A stretch of DNA of 63,511 bases, filler included, from Reticulomyxa filosa (lineage: Eukaryota; Protista; Foraminifera), in the NCBI GenBank assembly GCA_000512085.1. It is 18 parts of 18 records of this genome, joined end to end, with 100 filler letters (N's around TTAATTAATTAA, not from the genome) between each part and the next. Parts side by side here need not be neighbours in the genome. Positions count along the whole stretch, not along the records: positions 45,357 to 51,077 come from ASPP01024674.1; positions 51,178 to 52,495 come from ASPP01017882.1; positions 52,596 to 54,915 come from ASPP01016796.1; positions 55,016 to 58,623 come from ASPP01049932.1; positions 58,724 to 63,511 come from ASPP01005130.1; 13 more parts are not named here. The stretch is one strand, 5' to 3'. Positions 50,701 to 63,511 of the stretch are shown piece after piece; position 1 is the stretch's first letter; each line of letters begins with the position of its first letter. The notes under the pieces were generated by a model. The model was not told where the DNA came from and did not search any database. It saw only the letters and a list, made by a program, of their open reading frames with translations. Both the position numbers and the translations under genes were made by a program.

Positions 50701-52118
50701 TCAATATTATCGAAAGCCAAGGTGCCTTGCTTAACCTAATAGACTTGGTGCATCAATCTCAATTTGAATCAGTTTGTAGAACGATCTTTGGTTTGATTCA
50801 ATGCGGGCTGCAATGGCTGTGGCTCGTCTACATTCTCTTTCTCCTCAACTTCTTCTGCTTTTTCGATTTTGTCTTGCACTTTCGCCAACGCCTTGTGATA
50901 ATCCCACTGCACGATCGACGTCAACTGCTTGCCGTCTTCTTTTTTCTCGCTGTTTTCGTTCGAAACATCATATAATCTGGCATATTGTTTCAAAAATTCC
51001 AACTATATATACATGTAACAAAGAATGGAATTAGTGGAATCTGCTACTTGTTTGTTGTTTGCAACGAATTCAAAGAANNNNNNNNNNNNNNNNNNNNNNN
51101 NNNNNNNNNNNNNNNNNNNNNTTAATTAATTAANNNNNNNNNNNNNNNNNNNNNNNNNNNNNNNNNNNNNNNNNNNNCGACATTAATCTAGGCAAGTACA
51201 ATTTTATCCTTTTGTAGCAAAAAATCCACTCATAAAAATAAGCGATTCTCTATCTTCTTTTAGATCAAAACATAGTTGTTTTTTTTTAAAAAAACGTTTA
51301 AAGCTATTTAAATTATTCAAATTGATCTTGTACAATTCATTTAGAGATTGTTTTCAATATATCCTGAATACTTGTTGTAAATACAAACAAATCAAAAATT
51401 AGTTTTGACTTGGCAAAGAAAAGTAAGAAACACAACAGGACATTTTCTTTACTGAATCACATTTTAAAGAAAAAATGTTCATAAGAGGATGGTGATTATG
51501 AAAAGTATAGTACTTTGAATTTTTGTTCCTCTTTTTGTGTTTTTGGAAATTATTAAGACAAGAATAAAGTGCATTAAAGTGTTAACATTTTATACTTTGA
51601 GAGATTGGATGAATGGAAAATTATATTTTATTTTATTATTCACCAAATTGCAATAAAATTATTACTACCTTTTTCTGAACGTATTTGTGGATTAATTGCA
51701 TATTGCAAAAAGGGAATTTTGAAGAGAACTCTTGTCAAAAAAATAAAAATAAAAAAACTATTGAATAAAGAATGACTCTAAATTCAATAATCCAATCTGA
51801 AAATACTTTGCAAACTATTAATAGGATTTGTTTGAAGTGAGTTTTCAAAAAAAACAATAATCCATATTCAATTGTACGTTCTTGTGCATTCAAGTTACCC
51901 GTTTCCTATAATTTTGAGGAAACTAGAAAAAAATTCATTTCAATTTTTATTGACCCTTCGTGGTCTAAAAAAAAAAAGTTGAAAAGATCTTTTTCATCAT
52001 TTTTGCATCATCAAAGATCATCCAAGGAAATACTTTACCTTAGTAATGAAAGTTTCGTTTTGTTTTTTTAAATTTTTCTTCTTCTTGTTTTTCTCATTTT
52101 GCTTTATCATTGAAACAG

Positions 52119-52495
52119 TCACAAGAAGAAGAGATCCAAATCATTATTTATTATTGGATTCGAACATTAAACATTAAATTCGGATGGATCAAAGATTTTA
52201 ACAAATTTATTGTCAACTATGTTAGTTCATTTGTTTCTTTTTCATTTGACCAATAAAAATAAATATTTATTAACAGGCATCTACTGTCTTCATGTTTGAC
52301 ACATTTCATTCATCATCCAAATTAATCAGAACATTTTGGGACATAAAGACAGTGTGTGGAGTATTGATTATTCAATATTTGATGATTGTCAATTCATTTG
52401 TTCTGGATCAGATGATCAAACGTTCGTGTATGGGACTTTGATAACAATTATCAAATTCAATCATTCAATGGACATTCAAATTCCGTGTATTGTGT
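52119..52495 (+). pseudogene. WD40-repeat family member (5' part, frameshifted)
   Basis: EEEIQIIIYYWIRTLNIKFGWIKDF | ...GHKDSVWSIDYS...ICSGSDDQT..VWDFDN...FNGHSNSVYCV. Confidence 0.85.
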
Positions 52496-52595
52496 NNNNN
52501 NNNNNNNNNNNNNNNNNNNNNNNNNNNNNNNNNNNNNNNTTAATTAATTAANNNNNNNNNNNNNNNNNNNNNNNNNNNNNNNNNNNNNNNNNNNN

Positions 52596-52785
52596 GAAGA
52601 AATTGGATTCTAATCATCCAGATGTTGGTAATACATATAGTATTTTAGGGGATATCAATTGTAAAAAAGGTAACAAAATAGAGGCAAAGAAGTGTTATGA
52701 AAATGTGTTGTCGATTTATACTCAAAAATTTGGTGAAAATCATCAAAAGACACAAGGGATAATGACAAAATTAAAGAATTTGTAA
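52596..52785 (+). CDS. C-terminus of a kinesin-light-chain-type TPR protein
   Basis: NHPDVGNTYSILGDI..KKGNKIEAKKCYENVLSIYTQKFGENHQKT. Confidence 0.85.
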
Positions 52786-53479
52786 ATGTATGCTGATTTG
52801 TTTAAAGTTTAAATAAAGATTATTCGTATTTTGAAAAAAAATTTTTATTTGAGTTGCACAGTTTTGTTTATTTTGTTGTTGGATGATTAAGTATGATATT
52901 TCAAAAGTTGTTCCATATTCTATAATTTATCAACATTTAACAAAACATCTTCCAAACAATTTACTTGATATCAATGTGGAATGTAAAATCGATGAAATGA
53001 TATTCAAGGAAACATTCGATTTGCCACGTTATTACAAAAGTATTTGTCTGGTGCAATGCCAAGTAATTTGATTTAAACGACTGATGGTCAGCAATATAGG
53101 TTTGTGCTAAACGATAAAAGAAATGCAAAAAATCTATACATTACAAAAGAGAGTATCTTTATTGAAATAATGTTGCTTGAATATCACCATCTTGTTAAAA
53201 TGATCCTTACAAACATCGACACACATTGTAATACTACTTTTTTTTGCTTCATATTTTTATAATAACTTTGTTTACATTGGATGCATTATCGATATAACAC
53301 AAATGACAAATCAAAAGCAACTTTTTTGCTGTTGTGATAAAATGCGTATTTCATGCACATGTGTTGGTAAAAATGGGAAAATGAAAAACGAATTCCATTT
53401 TGAAAGTCCCTAATCGAAATATTTTTTCAACTTATTTCATATAATAAAATATATTTGTATTCAATTACAATAATAAACA

Positions 53480-54187
53480 AATCATTACCAACTGTGAATG
53501 ATCTTCATGTACGCACTTTAGTCTTCATGTGAGTTGATAATGTTGTATATTTATCATCTCTTCCTCCAATGATGTGAATATAATTGTTTTCTTCACTCAA
53601 TATTGCAACAAAATGATACAATAAACTGTGTAAAGTGTTTTTAAATGTAATCCATTAATTTTCTCAAATTGAATACTCGTGTAATAATTTTAAACAAATG
53701 TGACGATGATATCCACCAAAAAAGAAAATGACATCATTGACATACACGTTTCAAGAAAAAAAAAATTAAACAATGAACCCAGACTTCTCAATAAAAGTTT
53801 CGTTTAGAATCTTTATTATTTATTTATCATTTGCTTTGTGGTTGAAACAGTCAAAAGAAGAAGAGATCCAAATAATTATTCAGCATTGGATCCGAATATT
53901 AAATATCAAATTAGTATCAAACAATTTGAAATAATTCAGTTTTGTCAAAATAGTTTGATAAATTTTTTTATATTACATCATCAAAGTCATTTCAAAAGAT
54001 CTGAAAAATGACTGCCCTTATTACTGAAAGACAAGCCTCAACGTGAACTTACTCGGAAACATTACTTGGAGCAACAAGCTCTTCGATCATAACATCCACA
54101 AATGAGGAGTTCGTGCTTGTGTAGCACACATTGAGACCCATAAAGTGGAGTGGGCAATTCTTTCAATGTTTGAAAGGGGTTACCCAT
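53480..54187 (-). pseudogene. Kelch-repeat family pseudogene in two pieces (N-terminus about 54065-54187; last blades about 53480-53750), interrupted by a + strand WD40-family exon (53851-53915)
   Basis: MGNPFQTLKELPTPLYGSQCVLHKHELLICG; VYVNDVIFFFGGY...EYSI*EN*WITF...YIHIIGGRDD. The inserted exon reads KEEEIQIIIQHWIRILNIKL. Confidence 0.8.
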
Positions 54188-55015
54188 GTTGTTAATGTTG
54201 CTGAAGTTTTTTAATTTAAACTTTTACAAAAAAAAAGGAGTAAAACACTTTTAACATCGTTTTTATTTTGTATCAAATAAACAAAGATGAGTTTCATTTA
54301 ATATTTTAAAAGACCTTTTAAAAACAACAATCAGGAAAAATTTTAATTTATTTTGTAATAAAAAGAATAACACACTGTATTAAAAAAAAAATACAAGTGG
54401 TTTCAAATGATGAAAATTTTTTTGCTTGAAATGTTTAATTACTTGAAATTCAAATGAAAGTGATCATCCAAATTGCTTAGAATTCTATTGAAAGTTTGAA
54501 TTATATTGTCCTGATGCAATTTCCCATAAACAAATATTTAATCACAAACGTATTTATACAAAAGATAACTCTTCTAAGCACAATTTGTAACTTATTCATT
54601 GATGCATGTGTTGTAATTGCTCCTACTAAACACAAAACTTTTACATTCTTGATCACGAAACCATCGATATAAAGCATCACCCAAACGAATTCGATATCCG
54701 ACATTGTGACTTCTCAAGTAACAGTTGTTTGCATCAGTTTGAACTGGACGATAAGGCCATTTTTTCACAATTGGTGGCAAAGTCCCTTCACGTGGAGTAT
54801 TGCATGATAATGTTTTTTTACTGCAATACAGATATCTCATATCCTTTGTAATTGCATCTTTGATATAATCTCTCAGCCATTTCTTGTTTTTATTGATACT
54901 CGAACCAGAGCATGGNNNNNNNNNNNNNNNNNNNNNNNNNNNNNNNNNNNNNNNNNNNNTTAATTAATTAANNNNNNNNNNNNNNNNNNNNNNNNNNNNN
55001 NNNNNNNNNNNNNNN

Positions 55016-55950
55016 AACATGAAGCCCTCGTTAGTATATGAAATTATATTGGTGGCACTGCACGCATTAAACGCGTTTCACGTGGTAGCAAGTGCAAATA
55101 ATGTGGTCAGAGACAACTCAAACGAAAACGGCCAAAAGTATTTAAATAATCAAGACGATATGTGTATATCGATAATATCAAGGAATATGTTGGCCAACCA
55201 CTCTCTCAGGCAAATGTGGACATGTGCGCAACATCCATGGGGTCATAACAACGTAGGAATGTCGTTGGTGCAAATTTTCAATAATAGGTCTTTGTACGAG
55301 AGTATACGTGTTCTCATAAGCATACCAATCATCAAACAAATGCAGTCCAATGAGAATATGTGTATTAAAATGTCTGCAATGAATATTTCCACATATACTT
55401 TGGGAATATCATCAAAATCATATTCATTAACATACAAATCAGTATTGCAAAGGTATATAACAGTGATAGAAAAATCTAATTAAAAAAAAAATGTTCATGA
55501 AAAAAAACAAGGGAGGTTTACGTATGTCAAGAAAAATTAAGTGTGAGGATGTATTGTACGTATGATATATTTGATTCAAAATGGATTTTTAAAAAAACAA
55601 AAACATAGTGTATGTGCGAGTATTGAAGTAGATGTGGGTGTAATAATGATAAGTGCACCAGTGTGCAAATGGTTTGTACAGCCAGGAGCGCATATAACAT
55701 TTGATGCATGGCTGTTGATAGATTGCTCCAGTACCACGATGGAGCGAACGCCGACTTTGGCTATCAATAATGTATACAATCGCAGCAATTCTGCTTTTCC
55801 AATGTATCGCGTTCCAAACAAAATAAATTGCTGGCCCAAATTTATTCAAAGTCCAACGTCCCAGTCCAAGCTATCATTGTCAACACACTCAACTTTGTCC
55901 TGCACCAACTCTATATTCACCAAGTCACAAGCCAACATTTTAAAAATGCT
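55016..55950 (-). pseudogene. Fatty-acid hydroxylase/sterol desaturase-like pseudogene
   Basis: Hydrophobic segments, then ENLHQRHSYVVMTPW...HLPERVVGQHIP (decayed HxxHH..TP..HP.E pattern); many stops. Confidence 0.4.
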
Positions 55951-58900
55951 GTTCGTACTTCAATGTTATGTTCTTTTCTTTTTTTTAATACTTTTTTTTA
56001 AAAACAACAAAAAATTTGATAGATCGTACGATTTGGCGCAAAAAAAAAAAAATGAACATGGACGACAAGGACCACAATGACGACTTTGACAGATGGTCCG
56101 ATCAGCTACAATTGATGGTGCAAATTTTAATGGAAATTAGTCGTCATCATGGATCAGCACCTGCCTTATGTGGTAGAAGCGCTGTTAGCGCAAATGAGGA
56201 TGTGCAATAACACAACTGACGAGCAATTGAATTGCAAGTCAGTGGTGATTGCAATCCTTTTTGTGCAGCAGAGCTACTTTCCACAAGGCATGGTCTATCC
56301 AACAGCACTTATGCTATCATGCCACAATTCACATTCATTGACACAAACAGCTCGCATTGCCCACTCGATTACATCCACTACATCCACACACTAATAATGA
56401 TCCTGCTCAACGTTGACAACAGTGCAAGCCATTTGTGGGGAACTTCTCTGGTAGGCCCCGAACAAAATCACAGCAGCATCAACATCAAGACGTGACCCAT
56501 GTGGTCTTGTAAAGTTATTTTTTATTTTTGTTGTTGTGATAATAATATAAAGATATGTTTTTGTTGTTAATTGTATAGACTGAATAAATGGAGCATCAAT
56601 GGCGCAAATAGTTGGAGTAACTGGATGAATGGCAACAATGAGAACATGAATACTTGCGACTGTTTGATGAATTGCGAGATGGGCAACTGCACTTGTGAAA
56701 TATCAATAGAAGGTAATATCTTGTGTTTTTTGTTTATATTCATATGTAAATATATCGTGTGGTGTTGTTTAAATAGGATCACTATCTGTAATGAAAAGAA
56801 AAAAAGAATACGGGGTAGAAACCACCCCCGTCTCCGAAAGGAGAAACAAAGGCTTGTTCTATTTATTTTTTTTTTAAAAATATGTTTAAATGTTTTGCTT
56901 TGTGTTGCATAACATAGGTTCCTCCGTCCGCAATGCTCGTTAAAATATATTTCCCCTACCCTTCACACAAAAGAAAAAAAAGAAAAATATGGGTCGCAAT
57001 CTACCCCCGTATCCTAAATAAGGAAAAATGGTTTGTGCTTTTTATATTTATTTATATAGTTATATATTCTTTTGTTATATAATGTTGTGTTTGTGTGATT
57101 CAATAGGATTCCCCATTCAAATAAAAAAAATATATGTATACTTTTTATTTATTTGTTCCCCCTCCCCAAAAAAAAGTGTTGTTAGTTTCTTTGTAGGAAA
57201 AAAGAATATGGAGCAGATGAAATCACAAATGTTATAAATATTTTTTTTGTCTATTATTTAAAAGATTATATAAAGTAACTTTGTTTGTGCATATAGGTCA
57301 GTCGATGCAAAAACGTAGGCAGTATAGGTACTATCTTGAAAAAAGAATTGGAAAAAATTGGGAAATAAAAAATAAGTGGGAAAAAAAGAAAATGGAATAA
57401 TAAAAGAAAAAAAAAGGGAGAAGAAAAAAAAATGTAGTAATAAGAAAAAAAAAAGGATAATAAAAGAAAAAGGAAAAAAGAAAAAGAAAAATGAAAGAAA
57501 AAAAAAGAAAAAAGGATTTGAAAAAAATAAAAAAATGTGACATTTTATAGTAAAAAATAATGAAAAAGAAAAGATTAATAAAGGAAAAAAAATATATTTG
57601 AAGTGTTGATTTTTTATTATTTTTTTTTAATTTGATTGATTATATCCCGCGCGGGGTAGCAGCATTGATGGAGTAAGTTTTTCTCTTTGTATGTTTATTT
57701 TAAAAAATGTATGCGTGTGTATCGTGTGATTGAATGTTATAGAATACAAAGCTTGGCAATGCATTCGTGTGTGAAAACATCACATGAAAACGGTTCGATA
57801 TGGCGAAGGTATTGAAGTGGATGCGCAAGAAGTGAATAACGCATTGAATCAATTGGCAAAACACAAACAATGATATCACCATTTTATACATGGGTCAATC
57901 CAGCTACTGTTTCAGTGCCTACCACTTTACTACAAACGTCGACACATGGAATATCTAGTATATATAAATGTACATGCACTCGTCGTGTGAATGCAACTTC
58001 TATAAACATATATGTAACTCAATATGCAGCAATTTCAAAATACAATAATTTGTTTTTCACGATGCTCAACATACAAGATCTGACTGGGACAAATCTGGAC
58101 TAAAAAAAAATTAACGAACCACCAGTTACGACAGCTGCGCCGTCCAATCACATCAGCCCAAAAATTGACCTGGGAATGCACATGTCAAAAAAAGTTGGTG
58201 ATGTAAACAACTTGTGATTCCGGGTCGTTGTCGATGCAATTACAATTCCATTACCGTCACTTTGTCGAGATCGTGTGAACATAAATCTGGAATAATTATT
58301 AAATTGACTATCAACTGTATCACATTTGTCCAAGGAGCTTAGTCTTATCTATTCTAGGACATTGGCAAGCCCGTGTAAGATCGAACAAGTTTTAATACTT
58401 TTACCTTCAATTCGAACATCATCGATATTTCGTGCTTAAGAATTGAACGTTACCTCCAAGATGAAATGTCGGCCAATACAAGACCAAGTTCCACATGTCC
58501 AAATATAACAAGCAAAAGGAGGAAAAGATCAATTGGCGAAGTGAGTTCGAAACAAGTATGTACTGGAGTGCAATCCTGTAATTACTCAAATTCAAGACAT
58601 ATCACCAATTCCAAAACAATCAANNNNNNNNNNNNNNNNNNNNNNNNNNNNNNNNNNNNNNNNNNNNTTAATTAATTAANNNNNNNNNNNNNNNNNNNNN
58701 NNNNNNNNNNNNNNNNNNNNNNNTAAAATTTAATTCAAGTTTACCAACGTGTTATATCTATTTTGGTTTTTTTAACTACATATATTTTCTTTGGCATCAC
58801 TTTATTAATGTTTTACAATGTTTGTTTCTATTTTTTTCCATTATGTTTCGAATTTGTTCTAAAGTTCTTATGTGGTATTAAATTGTCATTTTTTGTAAAT

Positions 58901-61217
58901 CATTGTCTTTACTATCCACCAAAGATTTTAATTGAATTTAAAGCATGTGAATTTGTAGATAAATTCATTATTTTCATTTTTTTTTGTTTTAACTATTTCA
59001 TAATTTTTTCCGATTTATGTCATGTTGCATTATCTTGCTGGAAAATTCAATATTCTTTATTTTCTAAGCAGAAATTGACTCTCTTTAGCATTTCGTCAGA
59101 TAAAAATTATATATATCAGTATTTACTCCATCTTGGCAGAGTAACTTATTTTTAATGCTCCAAAACATGACCAGACTAAAATGCTTCCACCACTAAATTT
59201 TGCTATTTTTGATATGAAATTTTCATATAATGGTTGTCAATCAATATTTCGGCAACAAAATAATCAAAATGATAAAAATCAATATCGAACACCTAAAAAA
59301 AAAAAGGAAAATTTCAAAAATTATTTAAAAAAAGATTGTCAAATTTCATGACTACGAGAAAAATATGATTGTCAACTTTTTTAAAGAAATTTTACAAATC
59401 AAATGAAAGATTAAAATTTTGGAAAAAATTGTAAAGACTTAATAAAAAACCAAAATGATATTTAAAACTACACGATTCATAGATATTTTTTTAAATAAAA
59501 AAAAATTTTGATTAAATGTTGTTTTTTCATGGAGAAACACAATTATCTCTATAAGGTGGCATTTTATGTTTCAACTTTCTTTTTTTTTCCTACTGTATTT
59601 CAGAAAATATCTGAAAAATATTTGAAAATGGACAAGTGTTGTTATATCTGAATTGCGCTAAAAAGAAACTACGATGATGAAACAATTGCTTACAATAGTA
59701 TTTTCATTTGAAACTCAGTGTAAAATAGATGTAAATACAAAGACAAAAATACGATTGTCCATAAAATTACGAAATGCAGTTACAGTTGATCAATATTGCA
59801 CTTATTAAATTGAAAAAATTTCGAAAGATATAATTGATGTAATATAGTACAAACATATATTATGTTATAGTTATGACAACAGCTAAAAAAAAAGAATATA
59901 TAATTATATAAAAAAATGAAGACATTAATGCAGAACTTTGATGAAAGACATAATATTAAATCATTATATCGTCAAAAGCTCATTCAGTAATTCAAATACA
60001 TTATAATTCAATTGAACAAGCAAGTCACCAAACATAAAATGTAAAAGTGCAAATTGGTTTTTTGTAAGAAACAGTAATCAATGCAATCAAAATTAAACAA
60101 AAATCTATGCAAAATACATTTAAAAGGCCAAAGTGAAACAAATATGGTTAATTATGTTTCTTTGAAAAAATGAAACAAAACACTACAAACTGTATGAAAC
60201 TGTTTTAGAAAATATACTTCACATGGACTAGAAATGAAAAAATGTGGCAAAAAGTGATTGCAAAAATGAAACAGGCAGTGAACAAAGTGCAAGAATATCT
60301 AAAATGACCAAACATCAAAATTCAACTTGTTGCTCATATTGCGATAAAATATATGACTTACATCAACTTGATTATTGTGAAGATTATCAAGAAAATGGTC
60401 AAAAATTTCAAACATGTTGAAAACATGAACTAAATAATTTCAAAAACACTACAGTCAAAACAAATATTACATTAGGATAAATAAATTATCTATTTGTTGT
60501 AAATTGTGGATCAATCAATATGTTTTGTGCACACTCCTTTAGATAAGATTGCAACCTTAACTCAAAAAAAAATATTTACTCGCACTAACGCTTACTACAC
60601 ACAGCAAAAAAAGCACAAACAGTTCAAAAACTCGTCGACAAAAACAAAATTTCGATCACACATTTGAAGCAAGAATTCAGAAACGAGAATAATCGCAATT
60701 TTTATGAAAAATGAATAAAAACCAAAGTCATATTTAAAGCTACGTTATGTGTACATTTTTTAAACATACGATTAAATGCTGTTTCTTATAGAGAAAATCA
60801 ATTATCGTCTATAAGTGGTAGCATTTTATGTCGCTTTTTTGTATTCTGCTATGTAAATACACGTAAATTAATTGCTTTTCATTCGGTTTTTATTGGCGTT
60901 TTGCATATTAGTTTGATTTCCATTTTGGCTGTCATTTTGTTCCTTTGACTCAGCAATAGACGTTGAAGAGAGTTACTTTTTTTAGAAAAATGATTTTGCA
61001 GTCTGCAGAAACTTTATTAGTCACTATTTGATACTTGCCAGTTACATATTGATGGAAAAGAGCTAAAATGTTTCTTTGTTTTTAAATTTGCGAATAAATT
61101 AATATGCTAGAAAATATGTTTGAAAAGTTTAAGTTTTAACACTAGTGACCAAAATGATTTTGCTATTTAAAATTGTTTATACGCGTATATTGATTTGTTC
61201 TTTTTATTTTTTATCAG

Positions 61218-62257
61218 TCACTGTTGTTTGTGCTGTGCATATTCTTTGATGACACTAGCAAGAGCCTCAGCAGTTGGTTTCTGCGAAACAATATCGACAT
61301 TGCACTTAAAGTCACTGATTCGTCTGGCAGTGGTATTTCCGAAAGCACAAGTGACAATATTATTTTGCGTGACAAACTCACTCAAATTTTGTGAGAATTT
61401 GGAGCTGACATGCTTGTCAACCACAGTAACACCATTTGGACTGAAGAAACACCACACCACTACCAAAGGCGAGTTTTCTGTGTCACCTTTAGCAGTAGTA
61501 AAGTTGCCTAATTCCTCGTTGTCAACCGATTTGTACACAATTTCTGTGTCAAAGCTAATATGCTCCGACGACAGTTCTGTCATCAACTCCGGTCGATGCC
61601 GCTCTCCCAACAGCAACAATAGTGGCTTCGTTTTCTCTTCTTTATTGCGACTTTTGTCGTATTTCACTATTGCCGCCGCCAAACTGCGCCCATCCACACT
61701 TTCTTCAAATGTCATCACGTTCAATGCCGGAAATTTTTCGGACAGAGTCTTTGTATGTGATGATGTGCATTTATGCATGGCCCCTTTTTTGTTTCAAAAA
61801 AAAAAAAGCATCTCTCTGTTTCCTTTGCCGGATAGAAGTACCTGTTTTGTTGCTTCTCCAAGTGCGAAGATTGGAAAAGGTAAGGAAAAATCTTTTTCGT
61901 TTGTAAAATTGAGTCCGGTTGTTATGCTTTGTTTACTGTCACTTTCATTATCTGAACTCTTTCCACACATATTAGCAATGTGCGGAGAGAATGCGCGGAT
62001 CAATGCCTCGCTTGCCCGTTGGCTGGTCAATACAATCCCGCTGTATGGAAAGTCCATGCCGCTGGAGCTAAAACATGAGTTTATTGCAGACTTGAGTCGA
62101 TTTGTAAAAAAAATTCAAATGTAAACACTGGCACAAATACACATTTGCTGAAACCTTCTTTCGTCAACGCTTTTTCAAACTTTGACGAAGGATCTTTGAA
62201 CAATATTATTTCATAATTTAACAAGTCGGATTTCTTTTCTGCACAGCTTGTGGACAT
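61218..62257 (-). CDS. UROS: Uroporphyrinogen-III synthase (HemD/UROS); one intron at about 61749-61841 and a single-base shift in the T run near 62110
   Basis: IILFKDP, FVPVFTFEF, YSGIVLTSQRASEAL, IFALGEATKQ|TLSE, LLLLGE, IVYKS, FFSPNGV, AFGNTTA and KPTAEAL. Confidence 0.9.
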
Positions 62258-62857
62258 TGGAATATTATATATCCTCTCAACTATATTTTTTTTTGCAAAT
62301 TAAACCTACTACATCACTATGTTGCCCCCTTTTTCGACATTTTTCTTTACGAAACTTTTTGTATTCTTGCACCGCAAGATTTTTTTTTCTTAATTATAAT
62401 CCTATCGCCCTTAAGAAGAATAGCAAGATTGGTTCTCAAATAAAAGTGTTCTGGAATAACGCCAGCATACACGCGGAATTATGCAAACACCGAAAGGAAT
62501 TTAAAAAGCGTTTTTCGCACGATTTGCAAGAGCACGGAATTTAATTTTAAAAAAGTGACTATCAACGGAACACTGTAGTTGTGTACAAGAAGTAGGAAGT
62601 ATGTTCCATTTTCGAATATAAGTATTATACAAACGAAGATGATGGAAAAAAAACATTTGATCAAAGGGCATATCAACAATTTTTCACAAACAAAAAAACA
62701 TAATCGCTAAACATATCGTTTGAACGATTTCATACGAGAAAAAAAACAAACAAACTCGAAACCAAAACAGAATAACAATAATCACGAAATAAATTAGATA
62801 CGTAAATAAATAAGCACGATAAAAGCCGAAAGAAAAAAAAAATGTGGCGATATGACA

Positions 62858-63430
62858 TTAAATAGGCTCCAAAGGTGGCAAGGGTTCCATTTGGAAATGT
62901 AGCTTTGGCAAATCCAAAGTGGTGGTACTTGGTACTTTAATGTCCAAAAATCCCTCTTTGATGTCTTCCTCTTGTTCCAATTCGCTTTCGATTGGCAGTG
63001 GCGAGAAGCTTTCCTGAGTGCTTTCAACGGCGACGGCATTGGCGTTTTCGTGGCAAAAGATGGAATGGTTCGCGAAGCTAAAGCAGGACGCGTTGCCATG
63101 CACCTGCGCACTGTTGTCATGGATGTGTTCGTAGTGCCCACCATAAAAATCCAAATTGACATCCAAGTTGGAGTTTGTGTCCACATTCAGCGACAATTCT
63201 TTCAAAGCGCCACACCCGAGGATGCTCCCGTTTGAGTGTTTGGAGCTGTTGTTATTGCTATTGTTATTGTTATTATTATTATTATTATTGTCATTGTTAT
63301 TGCTGCCGCAAAGAATCGGAGGCGTTTCCGCGGAGAGGCTGCCTAAGCCATTCGGGCTGGCACTTCCCATTTGACTAGTGCTTTGGCTGTGCGTCAAGTG
63401 CATATTGTCATAATTACTCGCAAGACCTTT
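62858..63430 (-). CDS. Last exon of an Asn-rich low-complexity hypothetical protein
   Basis: Open frame with poly-Asn and an acidic tail, following an intron-like poly-A tract. Confidence 0.55.
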   Translation of the reverse strand, partial: KGLASNYDNMHLTHSQSTSQMGSASPNGLGSLSAETPPILCGSNNNDNNNNNNNNNNSNNNSSKHSNGSILGCGALKELSLNVDTNSNLDVNLDFYGGHYEHIHDNSAQVHGNASCFSFANHSIFCHENANAVAVESTQESFSPLPIESELEQEEDIKEGFLDIKVPSTTTLDLPKLHFQMEPLPPLEPI

Positions 63431-63511
63431 TTTTTTTTTTTTTTTGGAAAAACAATAGCAATAACATTTTTTTAAAAAATCCGTATTCAATTTAAAATAA
63501 ATCCATAAATC

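Noticed and set aside
58140-58623. Second LINE reverse-transcriptase remnant (KLTW..HV-like text)
   Set aside because: Only one short motif, which needs a frameshift to read; too weak to call.
3367-58723. Regularly recurring TTAATTAATTAA motif as a CRISPR-like or biological repeat
   Set aside because: It is always embedded in N44 flanks. It is a contig-concatenation linker, and ORFs running into X residues are artefacts.
61195-62124. 309-aa + strand ORF
   Set aside because: It is the antisense shadow of UROS and has no recognisable motif.

Overview
This window is not one locus. It is 18 short contigs joined by 17 artificial 100-bp linkers (N44-TTAATTAATTAA-N44, which puts stops in all six frames), so adjacency across linkers has no biological meaning. 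Sixteen contigs are very AT-rich, intron-containing eukaryotic DNA. Their gene families (expanded WD40, Kelch, TPR and SecA-like/vWA families, a divergent alpha-tubulin, poly-Asn proteins) look like those of the foraminiferan Reticulomyxa filosa; this is recognition by eye, not a database result. Recognisable eukaryotic genes are an OB-fold protein, a SAM-domain protein, a tropomodulin-like LRR protein, a USP16/45-like deubiquitinase, uroporphyrinogen-III synthase and a Cys-rich secreted protein. Many others are decayed or fragmentary: Rab5-like, SMC4 fragment, NifS/SCLY-like, ZNRD2/SSSCA1-like, alpha-tubulin, sterol desaturase-like, Kelch, WD40, SecA-like-vWA, and a LINE with an RNase H domain. 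Two contigs (4962-6195 and 19357-20485) are GC-rich bacterial DNA: a HipA-family kinase followed by an HTH gene, and a run of small unknown ORFs that look plasmid- or ICE-derived. The best leads are a tRNA(Sec)-like fold at 27534-27624, two long foldback palindromes, a dispersed repeat present three times, the SecA-like-vWA architecture, a GC-AG intron, a micro-exon chain, and pervasive intron-retaining pseudogene mosaics with internal deletions. No complete novel system can be demonstrated from the sequence alone.
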